The notes below the pieces were generated by a model. That model saw nothing but the letters and a program-made list of their open reading frames with translations. It was not told the DNA's origin and did not search any database. The translations under genes and the position numbers were made by a program. A stretch of 64,000 nucleotides of DNA from Podarcis erhardii. Lineage: Eukaryota. The stretch is from NCBI GenBank assembly GCA_964252035.1, contig OZ176204.1. One strand, written 5' to 3'. Below, one piece after another: positions 44,429 through 55,643 of this stretch (the first letter of the stretch is position 1; every line of letters starts with the position of its first letter).

Positions 44429-45824
44429 CAGTGTTTCCCAACCGGTGTTCCGCGGCACACTAGTGTGCCGCGGAACGTTGCCTTGTGTTCCGTGGTTGGT
44501 GTGCCGTGGGAGGGAGGTGGGGCGGCGGCGGCGAGCACACGCGGGGTGGTGAGCGAGCTCCCTCCCACATCCCATCGCCGCTCGCTTCGGCCGGCCTACT
44601 GGAGGAAGGCGCGAAAACCTCGCGCATGCGCAGGCCTTCCGCCTGCGACAGCTCAGTAGGCCGGCCGAAGCGAGCGGCGATGGGATGTGGGAGGGAGCTC
44701 GCTCGCCGCCCCGCGTGTGCTCGCCGCCCGACTCGCCCGCCTCCCTCCCACGGCACACCAGCCTACCTCCGTGGGAGGGAGGCGGGCGAGTCGGGCGGCG
44801 AGAGGCGGGGCGGCGGTGGCGAGGAGAGGTCGCCCAGCGCGGGGCTCTCGCCGTCTGCCTGCCTGGCTGCCTGCGAGCTCGGCGGGCAGCGCTTCCGCCC
44901 GCAGCGCCCGCCTCGCGGCTCTCATTCCCTGCCCCTGCCAAAGCTCACCCAGCCAAGCCGCGCTCTCCTTCCTGCCTCGCTTTGCTGCCTCCTCCCCCCC
45001 CCACCCCCAAAGCTTGGAGGTTCCCCGGCAGGAAGGAGGGAACTTAATCCTCTCCAAGGGCTGCGGAAAACAGACATGCAAATGGGGGCTTGCCAGCTCT
45101 TCAAGCGCCGCCGGCTTTCTTCGGGAATTACCGCCCGCCGAGCCCGGTAACGCTGACAGGCCGAGCCGCTTGGCAGCGCAGCCGGCAGAGTGTGGGAAAG
45201 GGCGGCCGCCACGCGCAGGGCAAGGCGAGACTCGACGGGGAGGACACCGGCAGCAGCGCCCCCCCCCCCAGAAACCCGCTCCGGGCAGGTAATTCACAGA
45301 GAGTGGACAGAAGGAAGCCTTAAAGGGCTTCAGCCTCCCAGAGTGGCGGGGAATAATAATAATAATGATAATAATAAAATTGACAGGGGGTGTTTTTCTA
45401 GGTGAGGGGGTGGGGACTGTAATAACAAAAAAATCAGCTCTATATCAACCGCTGTTTTGCAATGAGGAATTGCAAATAAGGAAGATCAAAAGGAGAATGT
45501 TTTTTTGGGGGGGACTCTCTTCCTCTTCCTCCTCCTCCTCTCGTTCTTGCTCCTCTTCCTGGCAAAAGGGCTGCTGAGACCCCTTCTCTCTTGGGTGCCG
45601 GTGGGTGCTGTGACGTTGACGCTGCTGTGGCAAGTGCCTTTACTTAGCAGAGTGCATTCCCCTTTACACAGGAGGGGAGGGGAAAAAATTGAAACTTACA
45701 CTTTCGTGCGTCCCTCCCGGCGCGACGCTGCGCGGTGACGTCACGGGGCTGTAATGGTGGTGTGCCTCGAGATTTTTTTCATCAAACAAGTGTGCCTTTG
45801 CCCAAAAAAGGTTGGGAAACACTG
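44429..45824. mobile_element. 1396-bp non-autonomous hAT (Charlie-like) element, CpG-rich
   Basis: Perfect 15-bp TIRs CAGTGTTTCCCAACC / GGTTGGGAAACACTG; perfect 8-bp TSD ACATAGAC at 44421-44428 and 45825-45832; no transposase motif seen. Confidence 0.95.
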
Positions 45825-46160
45825 ACATAGACAATCCAGTATCACTTCTTTTAGGATTAGCATGCCTGAGCTTTACATGTCTTAAGAAAGTTGTTTAAAA
45901 GATTTGATTACATCAGAGTTTTTAAAGAAGTCTATACTTGCAAGTATTGAACAAGTTGTTCACGGAGCCACATCTGCTGACCTTTCAACCCTTTCTTGAG
46001 TATCCATTAGTATGGAAAGGTGCTATAGTCTATTCAGTGTGCCAGGCAGAAAGCACTTTGTAAATTACTCCCTTGCTGCATGTACATAATTATGAATCCA
46101 CATTAATTACCTTTTCAGTTATCGGTGTTTATTTCTTTTGTTTGTTTGTTTGTTTTAAAG

Positions 46161-46241
46161 AACATCGATACATTGAGCTGTTCCTTAATTCAACTGCTGG
46201 AGGTGGTTCTGGAATGGGAGGTTACGGCAGAGATGGAATGG
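46161..46241 (+). CDS. HNRNPH3: HNRNPH3 exon ([26 protein letters not shown])
   Basis: 81 nt; [10 protein letters not shown] motif. Confidence 0.98.
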
Positions 46242-46326
46242 GTATGCTTGATTTTACATTTTTAATTCAAACTTAAAAGTTATCTAGCCTCTGGATATTC
46301 TAACCACAGTGAACATTGTTTTCTAG

Positions 46327-46416
46327 ATCAAGTTGGTTATGGTTCTGTTGGAAGAATGGGAATGGGCAGCAGTTACAGCGGAGGATATGGTACTCCTGAT
46401 GGCTTGGGTGGCTATG
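46327..46416 (+). CDS. HNRNPH3: HNRNPH3 exon ([31 protein letters not shown])
   Basis: 90 nt; ttctag acceptor, gtaagt donor. Confidence 0.96.
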
Positions 46417-46613
46417 GTAAGTCTTAAGTAGGTTGGCAAATGGTTTCTTTTTATAATGCGAAGGTTCATTGTCTTATAAAGTATTTGTTAACACGGGAAC
46501 AAGAATGCTGTATCGTTTGCATGCACAGAAACGAGAAAGAGTTGCATGCTAATGATGAAGTTCGTGTGTATTTCATTTTAAACAAATGTGGGGTAACTAT
46601 TGTTACTTTCTAG

Positions 46614-46690
46614 GTCGTGGCAGTGGAAATAGCGGTGGATACTATGGACAAGGCAACATGGGAGGCGGTGGATGGCGTGGAATGTATTGA
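46614..46690 (+). CDS. HNRNPH3: HNRNPH3 last coding exon (GRGSGNSGGYYGQGNMGGGGWRGMY*)
   Basis: 77 nt ending in TGA; WRGMY terminus as in human HNRNPH3. With a 139-nt hidden exon the protein would be 341 aa. Confidence 0.97.
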
Positions 46691-46890
46691 AGAATGGCAT
46701 TGTGTCTGTGAAATATATTGGAAGGAAACAGTACCTGGTCTACTAGACTTTCTTACAAAACTTAATTTCTTTTGTATTGAAAACTTTATAATGACTGAAG
46801 GAATGTGTTTTCCCATTATTTGGTAAGCAACAGATTGTGATGGGGAAATCTGTGTTCTGTAGGTTTTATTTGTTGCATACTCTGACTTTA

Positions 46891-46896
46891 AATAAA
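46891..46896 (+). terminator. HNRNPH3: HNRNPH3 polyadenylation signal (AATAAA)
   Basis: About 200 nt after the stop, with upstream TGTA elements and a U-rich downstream tract. Confidence 0.7.
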
Positions 46897-47838
46897 TTTT
46901 TTATATTCAAACCACTGATGTTGATACTTTTTATACTAGCTGCTCCTAAAGGTATGTTCCATATTCCAAAAGTGTTCATTTAAGATACTTGGTTCATTAA
47001 AGCAGTTATGCTGTAGGTTCTCTTACTGATGTAAAATAAAACCACCATCAAACTGGTACTAGTACATTTGTTGAGATTTGAAATGAAAGCATAGGGTAAC
47101 TTCTTTTAATTAATCTGATACAATCCCCTTGTCAGTGAAGACTTCCCTTACCAGAATGTCCCAAGACTGTGCTGGGCATGAAGGCCATGAGTTGAGGAAT
47201 GACCTAATGCACAACTGCTATATAAAAACCCAGTTGATGTATGCATGTCACAAATCTCACCCTTAAAGTATATTAGTCTTTATACTCCTCTCCTTGGCAA
47301 TCACATTTTTTGATGAGTGAACAAGAGAGTATTATTTTAGTAACATCCATAGAGAACTAGGCAACTATTTAATTTCCTAGAAATCTTAAAAGGCTACTCC
47401 TCTGGCTGAAGGCTCCTGTTTAAGGACTAAGAAACTTGCCCAGCAGTCAGACATAGAGACCTTGGCAAATTATGAGATTACACAAATATGTAGTCCTCTT
47501 ACTGTGCATTAACATGTAAGATTTTTGGATTAATTACTGTTAAGACACTTTAAAGCATTCTCTGTGTATCAGGAAAGGGTACTAAATATTCAAGTTTTCT
47601 TCATTTCAACTGCTTGTCCTCCAAATTCTTCCCAATAATTTGTCAAATGTGATTATTGAAAGTTTGTTGCCTGTTTTTGATAGTAATGTTATGTATGTAA
47701 TAAATGTCTTACTGTGGGAGATAGCAAAATAGACTCCATTCTAGGAAGTGTGTGTTGTGTCAATTTATCTGAGATGTATATAAACTAAGGAGCAAGATGA
47801 TGTATTTCAAAGGCTACTTTTTCACAGCTTTGCTTGTA

Positions 47839-48094
47839 CAGTGGTACCTCTAGATGCGAACGGGATCCGTTCCTAAGCCCCATTCGCATCTAGAAGCAAA
47901 CGTAACTAGCGACAGCATGTCTGAGTGCGCATAGCTCTTCGCCGCTTCTGCCCATGTGTGTGACGTCATTTTGAGTGTCTGCACATGCGCAAGCAGTGAA
48001 ACCCGGAAGTAATGCGCTCCGTTACTTCCGGGTTGCCGCGGAGCGCAACTTGAACGCGCGCATCCTGAAGCACATTCAACCCGAGGTATGACTG
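47839..48094. mobile_element. Mariner/Tc1-like MITE
   Basis: TA|CAGTGGTACCTC ... GAGGTATGACTG|TA; internal inverted cccggaagtaa / ttacttccggg. Confidence 0.88.
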
Positions 48095-51000
48095 TAAAGG
48101 CAACACAGGAAGCTTTTTAGGTTTTGACACATTTCAAAAACTCAATACATTGTTCACTTTAAAACATTCAAAGTGTTTTTTTACCAAGTTTGCTCTGCTA
48201 CTGCAGTCTATGCTATTGCTATGCTGGAGCAGTGCTTTGCAGAAGCATGAATCAGATGTGGAGAGGCTGTTGCATTAAAAGGAGATGGGTTAATAACAAG
48301 CAACGGTTAAACAAAAGTGGGGTGGGAAAGAGAATTGTTAACTAGTTCAATCAAAATGCTTAAATGGTGTGTCAGAGCCAGGACTTCTTCTCAGTATAGA
48401 TGTTCACCCTAAATCAGCTGCGGGGAACCTTTGGTAGTTCAGTAAAATCTGTGGCCTTCCAGAAGTTTGTGGACTCCCAAATACCATCAGCCGTAGCCAA
48501 CAGGGCCAGTGATTAATGCAAATGTATACATAGGTCCTTATGATTAATTGACAATTATTCTAGGTATACTAGCTGCCTCAGAGTAACAGTAGTTACACAC
48601 AAGATAAATAATGAACTCCGTATTCATTCCAAGGCCTGCTGAAAATTTCTCAAATATTTAATTTGTCCAAACCACAAGATTACAAACATTCGTATTTAAA
48701 GTTACAAAAAATGTCATGTTAAAACTTACAAAAGCTGTACTAGTCAATAAATTCTTGGCACACATGCACCATTGATATTGAAAGCTTGTTCTGAAATAGC
48801 TAAATCTCTAGTGGCAGGAATGATAGAAATTTTGTTGAAAAAAGGCAAGTCTAATCTCATCTCTGTTTCTACTAGGGTGAGTTAGTCTCATAGCCTCTTT
48901 GACCCAAACATGACAAAAACTGAGGATGAGCAGGTTATTAAGACGTTAAAAAAACCTGTCCATTAAGATCCCAGCAAGTAGTCAGTACTTCACATCTGCC
49001 ATACTAGTGCTAATTGGAATGGAAAAGTAACTTATGGTGGGTGCTGTGAGTTTGAAAATGGATTCTCAATGCCACTAAAATCTATGGGGTTTTTTGTGTG
49101 GAAGAAATAGTTCTAAGGTTAAAGCAAGAAAAGGCTATTTGATTATCTTAAATTTATGGTACTCAAGCACTAAAATGTGTCAGTTCGGCACTGTTAGTGT
49201 ATTTTTAATTTACCATTTGGTAAATATGGGCAAACACTGGAAGAAAAGGAATTTCTGTCAAATAGAACAGCTTTCTAGTATAAAAAACACAGGGCATTTC
49301 TTGCCTACCTTTTTTGTGGATGTGTTCCAGTCTTGAAATACTATCAAATAGTTTGGAAATTAATAAAACTTTGGGATTAGGCACAACATATTTCTCAGAA
49401 TCCTATCAAATGGCCATAGGCTTTCATCTCTGAAACAGGTTAGCTAGAAGGCTGATGGAAAAGTTGCCCTTTTGAACTGAACATGTTAAATATATTGCAG
49501 GCTAACAGCAGTTTGAGTAAGTGGCTAGTAATCAGAACTTTGTAGTATTGTGGTTCTTTTATTGTGCTTTCTGTACCTAATGGGAATTGAGAGTAGATTT
49601 AGGGTCAACTTTGAGGAATACCACTAGTATAGGACTAAACAGGCTGCATAGGAATCCTGTACGTTAACAACTCTTATATGGCATACAAAAATTCAGCATA
49701 CACAGTACACCTTCATGGTGAAATTGACAGCAGAAGGTACAGTTTCAGCTGCTGAATTTCCCTATATACTGCTGAAGATACAGAAGCCGTTCCAAAGAAA
49801 GAAGATGAACAAGTATTTTCCTGTCGGGATACCTCTTCCCAGGTTAAAGCAAGTAAAGGCCTCCTGATGATCTTAAATTTGTGGTACTCAAGTGCTGTAG
49901 ACACAAAAATGCCCCCTTTGCAGCTCAACAAGGCTGCTTGCTGTCACTGCCACCACCATTTCCTCTTTAGGCTTCGTTTTGTGCAGGGGTCTATCTTGAA
50001 GATGAAAGAAAAATCTCAAACAAAGGGTGAATTTAATGTTTTCCCTCTATTCCAGCTGTACCAGATGTACATATCAAATCAAATGGCACAAATAATCCCA
50101 TCCAGGGCTTGTATTGATGTGTTTTATTACATTTAGCACACAGGTTTGCTATGCTTGTTAGTCTAACAAGTCATTTCCTGTCTCAAAGGTTAATGAGAAT
50201 AGGTGGTTTGCTTGTAAACAGAATTAGTAATTAGGCATAAGTATACAATATGCCCTTCAAAGTACAAATTCTACCTTGTTGTATGAAAAGCCTCCTTTAA
50301 GTTTCTGTGTGCATGTGAACTTACTAAGTACAGTCACACATTACAGTAACATGTTCAGCTAGACTTGTTTTTAAAAGGAGTATTTAAAGCATTTTTTATT
50401 GTGTAGGTATTATTAATTCTGTTTTACGTTTTATACCTTTTAGAAAATCATCTAATGTGTTATCAACTGAACTTCAGCAATACAAATCTCTTAATTACCC
50501 CAATTTTTCTGTATATATCATTTCCTCACGCCCCAACTTCAGGCAGTCTGGTAGAAATATATAGAGAACTCTTAACTTTGCTGATTTGTATTATTTTTCA
50601 GGCCATTTAGTTAAAAAAGATCTTATTTCTGACAGAGTAAAGAAAAAAGCAAGTATCAAGTTGGCCAGTATCCTTTAACTACGCTTCCACACAGTATTTA
50701 TTTAATACATTTTATAACTGCTGTTCTACAGCATTCCATGGGGATAACTAAAGAACGTCTTTCTGAAATCCCTAACAAGTTTTATCACACCTGAACCTCA
50801 AAACAGAGGTTATGATGAAAGCACTACACACATTCCTTGATCCCCTTCAGGATATTCTTTCAATTCCACACCTGGCCTGCCTTCTGCTAGTTCCTCTTCA
50901 AAAGCCCTGTGCACAATATGCAAGTCAGGTACTTAAAGACCTGCCTGATAAAGTTCTTTCAGGAAGTACAGTGATGCAAAAAACCCTGCTTGCCTTCTCA

Positions 51001-51680
51001 TTCTTCTAGCTAAGCTACCACACGCATATTGAAACTGCTGCACTAACAAGGCTGGGAACTTAATCCTACATCTAGGGATAATGTCCAAGAAAGCCAATTT
51101 ATGTCACCATAAATATATGAAGTAGCTGCATTTACTTATATGTAATCTTCCCAATTCTGCATTTAAATGGCTTTTGTGGGGAGGGCCATGAAACATACAA
51201 AGCTGCACAAGATGCTGAACCTCAGCTCACAACCCTTAAAAGCCCTGTCCAGCTCCTCTGACTTCTAAGCTACAGTGTCCCCTGCCAACCTGTTCCCAAA
51301 CTAAGAACCTTTTAAAAATAATCTGAAACCTCAAAACTCTGCACTTGGTCCTGGAATGGTCCATCTGCATGATAAAATGGCAAATGCTGGGAATACAAAA
51401 CATTCTGCCTATATCCTTTACGATGAACAATAAAGTGTGTTGCACAAGCAGATGCATTTGTAAAATCAGGCATATCAATTGCTGCATTAGCAGAACCTCA
51501 CATAATATGACATGCTGCCACTGCAGGAATATCACAATGGCACAAAGATTTAAGATTGGCTGTTTAGATTTTGACAATACAAAAGCATTGGCCAGCGCTG
51601 CAGGAGTTTATACTGTTATGTTACAGCTCTTACCACTGTAGTGAAGTAACAACATTTTAGAAATCTTCTGTAGATGACTC

Positions 51681-51824
51681 TTACGGCACACTGGAAGAAC
51701 ACCTCTGTATGAGCAGTGCATGGCAGGAATCACAAACCCTTACAGGCTTTGGCGAAGATGGCAAAGGCAGTTCGTTGTCAGAGCAGGCATTACAGAAAAT
51801 TTCGCCACAGTTTCTACAGTGATG
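51681..51824 (-). CDS. RUFY2: RUFY2 last coding exon, FYVE C-terminal half ([47 protein letters not shown])
   Basis: 144 nt; FYVE HHCRxCG and RVC motifs; TAA stop. Confidence 0.99.
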   Translation of the reverse strand, partial: HHCRNCGEIFCNACSDNELPLPSSPKPVRVCDSCHALLIQRCSSSVP

Positions 51825-52329
51825 CTAAATCAAGATGGGTGGGGGTGGGGAAAAGAAACCCGAAGGAGATTTTGAAATCAACAGTTTATGAAGTAAATAG
51901 AGGGTAATCAGCTACAATTAAACATTTACATACATCTATATATTTATTTCTCCCTCTCCCCCACAGCCCCTAGAAGCTAAATTTCACATTTTATGTGAGG
52001 AGGGATCATGTCAGCCAGTGACTTGTTCATTATGAATGGAAAATAAGCAAGTTCAATGGTTACCTGAACATTCTATTATTGGATCAGAGTTTGTGCTATT
52101 TGTTGCAATATTTGTAACAACAAAAAAGATTTAGTTTGAACCAAATGATCTGTGGGGTTAACTATGAAAATAGTAATGTTTTGTTTTTTTTAACTGATCG
52201 TGATTGATGAGGTTTAGTGCACATGCATAAATAAAAATGTGAATATTAAGTATTGGTAAATAACAGAACTTGGATACAGAACTTGTTGTTAGTGGATGAA
52301 AGCCAATGAAGCTTTTCATGCATTCTCAC

Positions 52330-52407
52330 CTTCCTTCTGGAAAGCGAAAACTCCTTTTCACATAATTTGCAGTGTGTAGCTTCTTTGTCTTTTAGCCAGA
52401 CCTGTCC
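52330..52407 (-). CDS. RUFY2: RUFY2 exon ([26 protein letters not shown])
   Basis: 78 nt; FYVE WxxD motif. Confidence 0.98.
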
Positions 52408-53938
52408 CTAGTGGGGAGAAAAAATGTTCTCTGAATAGAACAGGTACCATACATACAATTTATCTAATCATAAATGACAGTTGCCATTCAGGTATACAAA
52501 AGGACAACATTCCTCAGGATAGTACAAGAGACAACTCATGTTAGTTCCAACTCCTTACCCAGCCTACCATCAAGAAATCTCTCACATCAATGCATCTGTG
52601 GCCAACGCCCTGCACATTAGAGAGGATCCTAAGGAGCACAGTAGGACACACAGTTTAAGGCACTGAGCAGGATACCACAGAACATGAAATGTAGAAGCAC
52701 ACTGTATGGAAAGATGGGTATGGGTGGATAAGCTGTCTTTCAGGCAACTTGTCTGCCCTTGTAGATCCTGCTGTCGTGGAACCCCAAAGGACAGAGTTTG
52801 AAACCTACCACTCCTAACAGTGCAATCCTACACATGACTACTCAGAAATAAGTCCTACTATTTTCAGGTTAATGGGTACAGCAGCATAGCCAAGCAGAAA
52901 ATTAAGCACAAGTGATTATCAAGATCACATACTAAGCTAGCGTTAGAACAGAATAAAACTAGAATTTGGGAGCCTCCCTACAATATTCTTGAAAGATGAG
53001 ATTGTGATTCTTCCCATCTCTTAAAATTGAAAATCACTAAAAGTCATCTTACAGAGCACACCTTGACCATAAAAGGGGGGTGTCCCCAAGCCTGGAGATG
53101 TCAGCATAATACAGGAATTTTGTTGTAAACGGTAGGTGTAATTTATGGTGGATAAATTCTGGCAGGTGACCTCGAGGCACTGTAGCTGTTGAACCAGTGA
53201 ATGATCCACCAGTAGTTCTGCTAGGACACAGGGCCTTTATCAAGAGGTTGCTTCAGTCTTGATACTCTTTGTTAGTAGTGGTGAAAATACTGACTGCTAG
53301 AGGCTGAAAGTGGGTCTGACTATTGGCTTGTGGCTTTCCAAAATATGTGAGACTCTAAGGCTGTGGGTTACTGAGAAGAAAAGAGGAAGTCTGTAACTTT
53401 ATAATTCTTACGGTCTCAAATTAAGCCCATCTTTCAGATTCAATAGCTGATACTGATATGAGAAAATAAAATAGTGGACTCCACTTAGACCACTGGTCTT
53501 CAACTGATCAGGGTCACAGCCTGATCCAAGCTGGGTCACAACAGGCGCACTACCACCAGATTAAGAAATGGGTCCCCAAATGCATGTTTGAGTTAGAAGA
53601 GGGTCCTGGGTCTGAAAAAGTTGAAAATACCTGACAGACTATTAAACACTGACATGTATTTTGTTCATACATGATGTATGTGGAATGATGTAGAGTTACA
53701 TTCTAATTTACTGATTAAAACCACAAAAATTTACAGCTAGGAAATGAAGCACACCGACAGAATAGACGGGCCCAGTGAAACAATAAACACTAATGGTTAA
53801 TGATTAAAATTTACACTATAATTTGAAAGGTTAACTACCCGTTAGCTTATAGATTGGAGTGAAGTATATAATACAGAATGTCTGAAATGAATAGAAGAAT
53901 TAGTCTGGATGCCCCTCCCCCCCTTCCAAATTACTAAC

Positions 53939-53987
53939 CTGCAATGTTTTATTTGCTTCTTTTATATCTTCTATTTTAAGCTTTGAT
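53939..53987 (-). CDS. RUFY2: RUFY2 exon (SKLKIEDIKEANKTLQ)
   Basis: 49 nt; ctctttag acceptor, gttagt donor. Confidence 0.97.
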
Positions 53988-54979
53988 CTAAAGAGAAGAT
54001 ATGTGAATAATAGTGTGAATAATTAAATGCACCTGTTTTTCAGGGGGGATAAACATGACTGGATTGAAGGAAGTGTGTAGAAGTCCACACTTCCTTCAAC
54101 CCAACATGTATCTGTAGACATATACTCTTTCAACACAAACACCCTGCCTTTCTCCCCAACTTCCTTCACTTCTGCCTCCATGCACCTCCCTGTAAGGAAG
54201 ATGTGCTCAAGAGGATAGGAAAAACTTACAGATGGCCTTCATTTACAAGACAACTTATGTTTCATTGGTTCCCAATTTTCACACCTGGACCTCAAAAAAC
54301 ATTTCTGGAATTGAAATTCATCGTTACTAGAAAAGTAAGTCATGTTCATTTCACATACCCCTATCCAGACACAGGACTCATGTGGGATCTATACCCGTGC
54401 TGGGTAATGAAAGACACAATCCCATATAAGCCCTGCATCTGTTTATGATTTGTAGATGAGAAAGAGAGGATACTTCCAATGAGAAGCAGAGCCTTTACAG
54501 CAATTGGCTTTGGTTTTATCTCCCTGAAAGAGTCTAGAGCTGCTGTTCTTCAGTGGCTTTTCCGAGATGCAAAGAAATCCTCTCTGTAAGAAACCTTGGC
54601 ACTTACTTGCTAATGAAGGTCAAAGCCTTTGCTGGATGGTAAGAACTTCTGTTAACTGGCAAGAAAGGTTTTGTTTGGTGGCTTAGCCATTGGTAAAGTC
54701 GTAATCTGGCAGCAATGTGAAACAAAAGCTTGTTTACAAAACACTGATGAAACAGAATATCCTTACAAGTGGAGAAAACCTACACTGGGATTGAGCAACT
54801 TGTGATCCTCCAGATGTTTTTGGACTTCCAACTCCCATCACGCCCCAGCCAATATGGCCAATGGTCAGGAATGGTGGAAGTTGTGGTACATCTGGAGGGC
54901 CACAGGTTTCCCAACCCTGACTTGCTCCAGCACTAATCTATATGAAAAGCCCAGGAAGTACATCAGCCAAATGGTTATA

Positions 54980-55200
54980 CAGTGGTACCTTGTTTTGAGT
55001 CTGGGTTCCGTTCTGGAGCCCCAGATGCTCAACGAAAGGGACACTCAACAAAGCACTGCTCTGTGCATGTGTGCGGAGCGGTTTGTGTTTCTGCGCATGC
55101 GGCAAACCCAGAAGTAACCCGTTCCGGTACTTTCGGGTTTGCCGTGGACATTCGCCAAAGTGGAAAGTCGACAGGGCAGACGTTCGGGGAGGTATTACTG
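54980..55200. mobile_element. Mariner/Tc1-like MITE related to 47839-48094
   Basis: TA|CAGTGGTACCT ... GAGGTATTACTG|TA. Confidence 0.85.
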
Positions 55201-55209
55201 TATTTGTTA

Positions 55210-55318
55210 GGCAGGATAGCTCAGTTGGTTAGAGCATGGTGCTGATAATGCCAAGGTTGCATTGCAGGGGGTTGGACTTGATGATCCTCAGGGTCCCCTT
55301 CCAGCTCTACAATTCTAA
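55210..55318 (+). mobile_element. Short tRNA-Ile-derived SINE with CR1-type tail (Squam3-like), internally deleted
   Basis: tagctcagttggttagagcatggtgctgataatgccaaggtt joined directly to gcagggggttggacttgatgatcctcagggtcccc...ctacaattct. Confidence 0.75.
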
Positions 55319-55548
55319 GTGTTAGCCTTCTCTTCTCAGGCAACTGACCAAGGCAAAGGAGCCACTGGATTCTGCTAGCTGAGACTTAAAATGCTTTGTA
55401 GGGTTGAAGCTGCTACGAGACTTAAAGTACTTAAATAATTTTAAAGCCTTAAGTAGCTGGGCTGGAGGAAGTGTAAGGTGAAACATATGCACAAGAACCA
55501 GTCTTTGTTTTCATCAGTTGTGTGGAAGAAAAGAAAAAGACAAGTTAC

Positions 55549-55643
55549 TCGCTAAGTTTGCCAGCCAGTTCTTGGAGAGCTTCTTCTTGATCATGGCATA
55601 GATTTTTCAACTGCTTGTTCTTTTCTTGTAATTTTAGGAACTC
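55549..55643 (-). CDS. RUFY2: RUFY2 exon (EFLKLQEKNKQLKNLCHDQEEALQELAGKLS)
   Basis: 95 nt; AG/GT boundaries. Confidence 0.97.

Noticed and set aside
44372-45323. Overlapping 190-221-aa ORFs in the hAT element, as a possible transposase or captured gene
   Set aside because: Open in most frames on both strands because of extreme GC content and inverted repeats; no BED finger, DDE or hAT dimerisation motif.
49865-49960. Box C/D snoRNA starting at TGATGA
   Set aside because: No box D (CTGA) at a suitable distance, no terminal stem, and not in a sense-strand intron.
55210-55260. tRNA-Ile gene
   Set aside because: The T arm and 3' acceptor strand are missing, and the sequence runs into a CR1-type tail, so it is a SINE.
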